Below the pieces are notes generated by a model, which saw nothing but the letters and a program-made list of their open reading frames with translations, did no database searches and was not told the DNA's origin. DNA of 64,000 bases from Tubulanus polymorphus (lineage: Eukaryota; Animalia; Nemertea), in contig NC_134030.1 in the NCBI RefSeq assembly GCF_964204645.1, positions 22,652,210 to 22,716,209 on the forward strand, in the 5' to 3' direction. Every line of letters begins with the position of its first letter. The stretch's first letter is position 1. The position numbers were made by a program, and so were the translations under genes. Below are positions 49,031 through 64,000 of the stretch, in pieces.

Positions 49031-50047
49031 CCAGTTTTAATGCATCTGATATAGCTATCAAACACTGCCTTTAATGCAAGTATCAATCAGCTGCTTGTAA
49101 CCCCCCCCTCCCCCTCCCAGTTTGATGGGTGAATACTCGGTACTTCACTGATGACATCCTTATTTTTCATGCGTGCCACTGATAAAATGTCTGTTCTGTC
49201 TGTGGATTTCAGAGATAAATAAAAGTGTCCTGGAGTTATGATGATCTGTTTGGTAATTGTCTGAGGGGGCGGGTACAGACAGTTGATTGACACCTATATT
49301 AACCTATCACGAGTTAGCACTCGCTCCAGTTCCACACCGGAGCCGGAGAATTCAATGGCTCCAGTTGTGATAGAACTCATGACTTACGGTTCTAGGCTCC
49401 GATGTCTCATAAAAAACTAGCCCGTGTACTAAATCTAACCACTAGGGGGAACCACCTGTCTATACTTTTCTGGTCGAAAGCGGAAAAGACCTCTACTGAA
49501 AAAAAAACCGATAACCAACTGAAATAATGTTGTTAGTTTAAATAACTGGGTGTAAAATTAATTATGGAAAGTCAAATTTAATTTATTAAATAAATAAATA
49601 AATAAATTAAGGGTATTTCGTATAAGTACCCGTCGTTTTTGTACTTTATTTACGGCTTTTTGTTTTTGTGTGTTGATTGAATGGATATGATTCCCTCGAC
49701 CGCTACCCCCACCCCCCCACCCCCCGTCCATCCGTCTGTCGGTCCATCGTTTCCAAGACAACCAAATTAAAACAGGGTATCTAATGTTTAACTAAATGCT
49801 TTTATTGATTCTAAGATGAACGATGAATAATTGTGACTGTAACATTATAAGCATCTGTTGGACGTTTAAATATAAAACATTTAAGTTTATTCTAAGTACA
49901 GAAACAAGTATAGAATGATTGGATGAAGCACATTTGTGGAAATGGAAAATAAACGCCCGTCTTAATTTCCTAGGACAATGAATTCTATTTATGTAGTAAC
50001 TAACGACAACTAAAAGTCTTGTTGCTGCGCGAGTTTTTGGCGTTGCA

Positions 50048-53000
50048 TCATAACTGAGATTCATTAGGTTCCGAATTCAATAAATATTCCTTGGAAGCGG
50101 TAGCTATCGTATACTGGTCCTGTTCGCGGTCCGAAACTAACTGTTGGTCCTGTTCACAGTCCGGAACTAACTGCTGGTCCTGTTCGCAGTGTGAGACTGG
50201 CGATTGGTCCTGTACGCGGTCCGATGTCGTCGACCGGCTCGTTACAGTCCGATCCGAAATCGCTCCTAATATATCGAATTTCGGCGGGAGACGTTTCAAC
50301 GCGTAATCCGTCGCTACGGAAACGACTACGATTTCGATCAACGCGACGACCATCGCGAACGTTCGAAACGGAAACTCTGTCTGCTCGCTTTCATTAAACG
50401 ACGGATACGGAATAAACGCGGGTAGAAGTAGGTACGGCTCGCCGGCGCCGAGACGCAGGACGACCGCGGTCGCGTAACCGATCAGAGCTCCGTAAGAGTT
50501 CGTACGGAATGGTGAATAAACAACGGCGACCAGTTGAGGGAACATGACGACGTAAATGAAATCAGCGGCGAGAATAAATAAACCGTAAATACTGGGAACA
50601 AATACAGCCATAACAGTCGAGATACTACCAACTATAAACACTGAAATACGCTGTATCCAAACCAGTTCAAACAACGACGCCTTTAAAATATAAATTCATC
50701 AATTAATTACAGCCTGTTCATTGGATTAAAGCCTGCAATATATGCAAATTAACCATTAGATTGAGCCAGTTCATTGGATTAAAGCCTGCTATATATGCAA
50801 ATTAACCATAAGATTGGGCCAGTTCATTGGATGTCTGCTAACTAATCAATAAATCAAGCCAGTTCATTGGATGAACTCAGCAGAATATGCAAATGAACCA
50901 TTAGATTGAGCCAGTTAATTGTTCAATGCTCGCAAATATGCTAATTGATTGCTTTATAAATCAAATACATTGGCTGTTGCTTCGAATTATTCAAATAAAT
51001 GATTGAATAGGGCGAGCTGATTGGTAGATGCTTGCACGTGGTCTAGTAGTTACCTTTTTACGCAGGAATGCTTTATAAATATTATGTGTAAACATCGAAC
51101 TGGAGCCGAGTATCGCGCTGTCCATCGATGACATCACAGCCGCTGAAATAGTTCCTAAACCTACAACAAAACCAAAACAGTTTAAAACTGTTAACATATT
51201 CGGCTATTTTAAATTCGAATTTGAACTCACCGATTATCGCGACTATATTCGGCGTGAAATGTTTCAAAACGAGCGGCAAAACCAGGCTCGATTGTCCAGT
51301 CTCTAACGGAGATTGTCCCAGTTGCGTCTGGTTCCAGTCGGCACTCACAGCGGCAACACCTATCAGCGCCGGTGGAATCGCTAACAGGAACGCACCGATT
51401 CCACCGAATATCGACAGTAACTGAGCGTCTTTTGCCGTCCGCATCGAGAGAACTCTCTGGAAATATGACTGCCACGGAATCGTACCCAGAGTCTGAAAAC
51501 AATATACACTTACAGAATTCGTGTGGATCCACCAGGTGTCACTAGTGTGCAGTAGGACAACAACTACAGCGGTAATAGAGGATTTCACTTGTGGCAAGTG
51601 AGGATCCACCAGGTGTTGCTAGTGTGCAGTAGAACACTGACTACTGCGGTTATAGAGGATTCCAATTGTGGCAAGTGTGGATCCACCAGGTGTCACTAGT
51701 GTGCAATAGGGCATGAATATTTTTCTCTGCGGATCTTTCTAAGCTCTGTTTATGGTATAGATAAAGAAAGGATAACACGTACCATAGCTAAAAGAAGGTC
51801 AATCCACGTCGTTAATGAAGAGGTGTCCGGACTGCCGGACCACTGAGCAGACGTGGCGCTGAAATTACCGACACGCGAGTCGCACATTACAAACGGGACG
51901 CTTAAACTCTACAATACAATACAAACTAACTATATTTATATATCAAACTCGGTGATGAAAATGACCATGAAATTCAGATCTCGCGGAAGAGTTGTGGGTC
52001 CGGGCATCCGTAGAGAGGATTCAAAGGTACTCACCAATCCAAATACGATGAATATTAGTTGTAATATGTCGGTATAAGCTACAGCGATCATCTGACCGAA
52101 TAGTGTATAGATTATAGCGACTACAGCTGACAATCCGATAGATAAAGGAATACTGATTCCTACTATTACACTTATACTTGTACCTACAAAACATACATTA
52201 CATTATCTAATTATTGATTTTATCTATATAATAATTAACATTTCTTTAGAAAAGATGTCTGCCTCCATAAATCCCCCTATGACATCATCAAATTATCTAA
52301 CAGTGATTCTATCTAAAAACATTTTTAGAAAAGATGTCCGCCTCCATAAATCCCCCTATGACATCATCACATTATCTAACAGTGATTCTATCTAAAACAT
52401 TTTTAGAAAAGATGTCTGCCTCCATAAATATGACATCATCAAATTGTCTACTAGTGATTTGATCTATAGACACTTCTAGAAAAGATGTCTACCTCCATAA
52501 ATCTCCCTATGAAATCATCAAATGATCTGTTATTTATGACATTTCTAGAAAAGATGTCTGCCTCCATAAATCCCCCTATGACATAAAATTGACTTGATAT
52601 CTGACCTAGCGCTGATAGTACTGAAGCCGACCAAAAGATGTCTCCACTGATGGCAGCTAGATAGAAGAGCGCGATTACAGCGTCGCAGTATCGCTCCTGG
52701 AACGGGTCCAACATCGTTAGGTATCGTTTGGATCTCATCTTCTCAGCAAACATCACACCACCTGAAAATAAACAACCTCAAAATCAAACGGTTCAAATAT
52801 ATCCCACTGTACCTCTCCACAGCCTCGTACCCTCTCACAGTACCTCTCCCCAGCCCCCTGTACCTCTACCCAGCCACCTGTACCTCTCCCCAGCCCCCTG
52901 TACCTCTCCCCAGCCCCCTGTACCTCTCCCCGGCCTCGTACCCTCTCCCCGACCCAGTACCCTCTCCCCAGCCTGATACATACCTATTATTAAACCAAAC

Positions 53001-53449
53001 AGAATCCCGAACGGAGCTAGCGTCCACCAGATTCCATAAGCAGCGACTGATTCAGCGGTTCCGTTTAAAAATCCACCTCCGACTGTCGTAGCTGTTTAAT
53101 AAACATTTCATTGAAAAAATACATTTCTTGAAATTAGCTGTTAGTTTCATGTTTTTGAATAAGGTCAACATTAACAAACAATAACCAATTTTTAGAATAC
53201 TAGTCTTTTTTGTAATCAACTTCAAATTACTTCAACAGTAATATCCGTTGTAATTATTGATAATTAATTACCAGTCATTGTGAATATCCCGACGACGGTG
53301 CTAAGGTTACGCCCGGCGACCACATTGCGTTCAACGGGGCTGGTGGTCGCAGGGTCCGTTTTGAATTTACGGGCGGCGACAATTCCGACGATCAGAACAG
53401 TTAAATACAACACTATCAGTAGCACGATACCAGCTATATTCAACACCAT
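50048..53449 (-). CDS. SLC5A7: High-affinity choline transporter-like sodium:solute symporter
   Basis: Exons 53449-53272, 53091-52984, 52761-52606, 52183-52035, 51908-51783, 51492-51231, 51160-51054, 50680-50048. Motifs [80 protein letters not shown]. May be a paralogue rather than the true orthologue. Confidence 0.9.
51522..51710. repeat. About 77-bp dispersed satellite family, second locus
   Basis: Reverse complement of the units at 26978-27305. Confidence 0.85.
52245..52585. repeat. 79-bp dispersed satellite family, locus 4 (inverted)
   Basis: aagatgtctgcctccataaatccccctatgacatcatc units. Confidence 0.88.
52805..52972. repeat. 20-bp C-rich minisatellite beside an SLC5A7 donor
   Basis: tgtacctctccccagccccc, about 8 copies. 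Confidence 0.85.
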
Positions 53450-54527
53450 TCTGACTGTGAGGTCTGAGAGGATGAGGAGCGGGCGAATTCGGACACCTTT
53501 TTCAGGCTGAAAATGGTTAAATATCGCTTGACAGAATTAAGTATCATTCTATAAAGGTAGTGAAACATAAAATCATGTCAATCGAACCTCTACTTACGTC
53601 AGAAACCCATAGATCGTCCGATTTTAGAAGAAACAGCGTCGAAATTAGGACCAAAACGCACGCGTCCGCAGTTCAATGGGCGCTGACATGTTGTAGCTCC
53701 GCGGTTAAGGAATTAATCATAAAATTATTTCAACAGCGATGGCGTCGATCGAATATTTTTAACTATTAAATTTCCTAATCTATCGAATATCTGTTTATTG
53801 CAGGCACTAATTGAAATATAATTTTCTGATTGATAATTTTTAATTAATGGAAATATTTATTCGCGTCGTTTTGACAGCTGAGAAGAAAAACAGAGAGACT
53901 AGAAGAGCAGCGAGTTGAAACTGGCCTCGAGTTTTAAGTGGAAAAACGGCTATTTATAAGACGTGACAAGCGTTTAGAAACTGCGTATTAGCTGAAGAAT
54001 CATTGTGTCAATCGTTATAACGGGTAAATATTCTGAGCAGGTGATTTAAGGGTGGTTTACAGATGTTGTTATGTTATGTTAATGTTACTGTTAGCAAAGT
54101 TTGCAAAGCAAGCATCCTTCTTGAGTTGCTCCAGTCCCTCTCTGAGTCTCAGTCTCTGGGAAAAAGGGATGCTTCGATCAGGAGAACTAGGCCTATTAAG
54201 CTTGCCTACCAGTTCCTGAACCTGATATGAATGATATGATATGATAAGGCTTATTGCTTAATCTTGCTGAATGTAGTTAGTAACCTAATCGTTGGTGGTA
54301 AGCTTTTTATAATCGGATGGGCTTATAACAGCCGTATGCCTGTACACCGCATTGGGGGGTGGAATTCTTAGGAATTCTCAAATATCGCCACAATCGGGTA
54401 TTAGTCAACACTGAGATGTTTAATGCTCATTTTTAACTAACTGTTGTCTATTAAAGATGGCTGCTATGGCGCAGAATGCGTTCAAGGCATTTGATTCGAG
54501 ATTGAAAATTTTGATATTTTCAGAAGA

Positions 54528-59253
<4,726 letters not shown>

Positions 59254-59282
59254 AAACCACCTGCAGTTTATAAATATGACAA

Positions 59283-59460
59283 TTAATTGATTAATCGTTT
59301 GATTGATCAGTTGTTTGATTGATTGATCAATTGTTTGATTGATCAATCAGTTGTTTGATCTATTGATAGGTTGTTTAATTGATTGACTTATCAGTTACTT
59401 GATTGACTGATTGATCAATTGTTTGATTGATTTATTGATTGATCAGCTGTTTGATTGATT
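59283..59460. repeat. Degenerate (TTGA)n microsatellite in the DCAF8 3' UTR
   Basis: Repeated ttgattga. Confidence 0.8.
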
Positions 59461-61631
59461 TATAAATTTTCCCAATTTTGTAGCTGGATTTTCAATGAGA
59501 AGCTAGGGCTACTTGAATTGCTGGCAGTGTTACAAGGAATCACAGTTTTTTAACGGGTGTAACTCGAATACCCTATAAAACTGGGCATAAAGAGATTTTT
59601 TATGAAAATTCTCGGAACAAAAGTTGAATTTATAAAGATGCATTTTTTTGTCGTTCTGAAAATTTGTTTGTAAATAAACTATGTATTTATCGTTGTATTC
59701 TCTGAGTGTTAGTCAAACACGCGGAGATGAGCTTAATCTGTGTTTATATGTTCTGAAACTGTTAAACTATTTAACTTTAGTTTCAAATCTTTAAGACTAT
59801 AATGGAATCATTAATGTCAATTTCAGTTTGGTTTACGTTTGAATTGAAATGACCTTGACCCGTGGAGATTTTAAGTCTCAATCATGCTAACCTGGCCACG
59901 CGAAAATGAAATAATACATGAAGATTGTATTGAAGGGTAGAAAGAATTATAACCATTCAGGAACTTCTTTAAAGACTAGTAATATTGATGAATGGTTAAT
60001 ATGTTTTTCGAAGAAACAAATTCTGTGTTTTCAGTGGCCAAATAGGTGTACATATTTATAAAGTATAATTCATTTTCTATAAAAACATCTTTTTCTCGTT
60101 TTTCTTGTTTCACACATGAGACCAGTTGGGCGTTTGGCTAAAATTCAACTCTCGCTGCCTATAATGCCGAGTACCACGGAGTTTACACACTGAAAAATGT
60201 TGCGCTGTGTAAGTGTAATTTGGATAAGTCTGCAATATATGACGGCCCGCCCCGCGCGCTCCATCTGAGACAAGTTGGACTCGGGATGGCGTCAAGGCCC
60301 TGTATACTCAGGCGCGAGGTCGAAACGTTACCTGAAACGTTACATTTTAGCCTCGATTGAGATGCAGTTTACCCACTGGACTCAAGCTAATTGATAATGC
60401 CCAATAACCGATGAACTATCTGTACTTAATAACCATCTTCGGGCCCAACGTTTACAGATCTGAACCGTCTAGTGCTGCCTCTATATTTATCAATAGCGGT
60501 GAATATACGAACTAACAATATGATACAATATTCCTACTGCGGCATGTGAGTAAAAAGTTAGTTCACAAATTTACCGTCTACGATTAATACAGGGGCAGCA
60601 CTTGACGGTTAACAATTAAGCCAGCGTGAGTTGGCTCCGGTATAAAACCAACCTGCAGCTGATGCTGAGTGAATGCGAGTAAAACCGTTGGTGGTAGCCG
60701 GAGAGCTCCGGTAGCAGAGGCAACCAACCCTGGCAAGCAATGATGCATTGATCGAGCCATGTGCGTGATTACACTGGTCAGTTTTAATCATGATTATGTA
60801 ATTTTTACACCAAATAAATCACGTTGAATACAAAAATAAATCTGTAGCTCGGCAAATTATCTTAACTTGTAACAGCACATGCATGGAGATTCCGCGAGTC
60901 ATCACTTCCGGTGTGGAGTCGTGACCCGGCAAAAGGTTGAAAGCCTGTTTTGGTCGATGGCGAGTGACGTCACTAGTACAAATTCCGAGCGGTTCGAATC
61001 CCACAATACGCCAAAATCACTACGGCCGCTCTGAGCGCACATCGCATTTCAACGTTGCCGTTCAATAATTGTAAAATAACTAATAATAGTTTAAGTTTTA
61101 TAAGGGTTAGAAGTACATTGTATTTACTGCTAGTGTATGTATATATCATGTACGGTTGCGAGAAATCCCTGCCCTGGTTAAACAGTAAGTCCACTAAATC
61201 TTTAAATTTTAAGTTGTTTAATGAAACTATTATTGTTTTAAATTGTTAAAACTGCAAACTATGGTTGTCGAAGATGCACCTTCTTCACATCCTTTGAAAT
61301 CCTGGATAGCATCGCTATCGGCAAAGACCTTCAGGTCTGTCTTCAACGGCACATCGCTTTGGAACAAGCGACTACTGTGTTATCAAATCTGAACTAGGTA
61401 AAAAAATGTTCCCCAAAAATAAAGACAAGTAAACGGATTAATTTGAGGTTTGAATGTTTTTGTTTATTTGTTGGTTCAAATCGAACCCTCGTCATCCTGA
61501 TCTCCATAAATCTAAGAAAAGTATTCGCACACTTAAAACAATAAAATACGAGCAATAAGCAATAACATCAGACTGGAGTAAGTAACTTTACTTAATTCAC
61601 AGATACAATCCTACACAAAACAATAGCTATT

Positions 61632-61872
61632 CAGTGGCGGATCCACCCCTCTATTTTTACCGATGTAGCCGCAAATCTATGCGTTACTGAGTAAAAACCG
61701 AATGAAATCTTTCTATTAAGTAATGCTCAGAATGCACCTGCTTGCATCTATTTTTCCAAAAAATTTTTAGGGAGGGTCTTCGCGTTATCGGTGCTTGCTC
61801 TGGAATGGCTTACAGCCATCTGTTGTTGCTTTCATTTGCCCCCCCCCCTTCAAAATGCTGGATCCGCCCCTG
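61632..61872. mobile_element. hAT-like MITE
   Basis: TIR cagtggcggatcca / tggatccgcccctg; no clear TSD. Confidence 0.6.
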
Positions 61873-62004
61873 AGTGCAGACAAAATGATCGACAAAGACA
61901 TACAGAACTCTAAAACAACAGTTAACAATTTAAGCAACGATAGACAAAACAGATAGCTGATTACTTTACAAACCTGTTGTCAGAACCTTAATTATTTTTA
62001 CATG

Positions 62005-63045
62005 TACATACAGAGGACTGTTAACAATTCAACCAATGAAATTGCGATAGAGATACAGAACATACAGCTTTAACAGTAAACAATGCAACCAATGAATTGC
62101 GATTAACTAAGACCTACGAGCAATTATCAAGTTTGATAATTGCTCGTAGCTAAGACATACAGGACAAACAGGACTAACTTAATTGCGATAGACATACAGG
62201 ACATACAGGATTAACAGTAGACAATTCAACCAACGAATTGCGATTAACTAAGACATACAGGACTAAACCACAGGACATACAGGACTAACAGTAGACAATT
62301 CAACAACCAATGAATTGCGATTAACTAAGACATACAGGACATACAGGACTAACTTAATTGCGATAGACATACAGGACTAACAGTAAACAATGCAACCAAT
62401 GAATTGCGATTAAGTAAGACATACAGGACATACAGGACTAACAGTAGACAATTCAACAACCAATGAATTGCGATTAACTAAGACATACAGGACATACAGG
62501 ACTAACTTAATTGCGATAGACATACAGGACTAACAGTAAACAATGCAACCAATGAATTGCGATCGCGATCACAAAGACATACAGGACAAAACCACAGGAC
62601 ATACAGGACTAACAGTAGACAATTCAACCAATGAATTGCGATTAACTAAGACATACAGGACTAAACCACAGGACATACAGGACTAACTTAATTGCGATAG
62701 ACATACAGAATATACAGGACTAACAGTAAACAATGCAACCAATGAATTGCGATTAACTAAGACATACAGGACATACAGGACTAACAGTAGACAATGCAAT
62801 CAATGAATTGCGATTAACTAAGACATACAGGACATACAGGACTAACAGCAGACAATTCAACCAATGAATTGCGATTAACTAAGACATACAGGACATACAG
62901 GACTAACTTAATTGCGATAGACATACAGGATTAACAGTAAACAATGCAACCAATGAATTGCGATTGCGATCACAAAGACATACAGGACAAACAGGAATAA
63001 ACCACAGTAAATTGCGATAAAAAAGACATACAGGACTAACTGCAG
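62005..63045. repeat. Complex modular satellite (gacatacaggactaac / caaccaatgaattgcgat)
   Basis: About 1 kb of shuffled short modules. Confidence 0.92.
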
Positions 63046-63786
63046 TAAATATATAGGGCCTTAGGAATGCAAAATACATTCATTTTGTCGAATTTAAACA
63101 TTCCACAACTTATTTCATTATGTCATTTCCAGTTTTCAAAGGGAATTTTCTTAACTTCAGATGCCTCGAGGACATAAACATATAGAAAGATCTGTCCCAA
63201 AAAAATGTCAAGTGTCTTTCATAGTGCAATGGGCCCTGGTTTCCACGTTTATATATCACATATAAAATTCTACAGAAACAATCAATGAATAAGTGAAAAT
63301 TTACGAATAACAAACAAGACATTCAAGCAGTTGAGTAAGTTAAAATGGGACCAATCTATATATATTATATATGGATTATACAAGGACAGCCTTGAACCGA
63401 GGTTGATGTGTCCATACACTCTCTGAACATGCATGTATGTATACTGCTGCCAATTGATGATAAGTCAAGGATGTTGAAGTTCTAGACATGGTCAGAATCA
63501 TCCAGAGACATCGGCACGCATCACAATAACTGATGATTTTGCAGTAACCTGTAACATAAAAAATCAAGCGGTAATCTATTCACAAAATATATTTTCCTGA
63601 AAGAAAAAACCTGAAATAGAGCACTATAAACACCAGTGCATATACATCGCTTCTTAACCTTATATGTAATCGAGTAAATATATAGGTGACTAAGTGACGG
63701 CTTCTACGTTCACCATGGGAAATGAAAATATTTCTAACGTCAGGGATTCATTCGAAACCCGATCAATAATATTCAATACAAACTAT

Positions 63787-63999
63787 TTAGGAAATCGGGT
63801 CACAATGAAAACAAAACCACCTGATATGTTCAGGAGGAGCCTCATTGATTGGAGCACATTTCCAATGATACCATCTATGGCAATTATCACATTCAATTGA
63901 GAATGTGGACTTTTTCTTAGGATTAGCATTGCAGTTTTTGTGGCAGACAGGGCAGGTTTCAGCAACTAACTGAGGAGGGGTTTTTTCAACTTTTGATGG
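63787..63999 (-). CDS. C-terminal PHD finger of a protein that starts beyond the window
   Basis: Open frame from the window edge: PSKVEKTPPQLVAETCPVCHKNCNANPKKKSTFSIECDNCHRWYHWKCAPINEAPPEHIRWFCFHCDPIS*. This is a C4-H-C3 pattern with the W-x-C-x2-C end. It is absent from the ORF track because no start codon lies in the window. Confidence 0.8.
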   Translation of the reverse strand, partial: PSKVEKTPPQLVAETCPVCHKNCNANPKKKSTFSIECDNCHRWYHWKCAPINEAPPEHIRWFCFHCDPIS

Positions 64000-64000
64000 C

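Overview
Gene-dense, intron-rich, AT-rich DNA from an invertebrate animal. The species cannot be fixed from the sequence, and there are no prokaryotic features. Spliced genes in order: the 3' part of an axonemal outer-arm dynein heavy chain (DNAH5/8-like, +); a small antisense 3-exon gene nested in a dynein intron that encodes a 62-aa secreted prepropeptide; CCDC97 (+); RBBP5 (-); a 3-Ig GPI-anchored lachesin/IgLON-like gene (+, head-to-head with RBBP5); INO80D (+, with a U12-type intron); an SLC5A7-like choline transporter (-); DCAF8 (+); and a PHD-finger C-terminus running off the right edge (-). The most striking pattern is tandem arrays built from the genes' own boundaries: 35 copies of a dynein branch point/acceptor/exon start, 6 of an RBBP5 acceptor, 7 of an INO80D exon end/donor, and 9 of the RBBP5 stop codon. 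Introns also hold nested MITEs, a solo LTR, Penelope-like remnants with hammerhead-like cores, and dispersed satellite families. All coordinates were read by eye; repeat ends are approximate.
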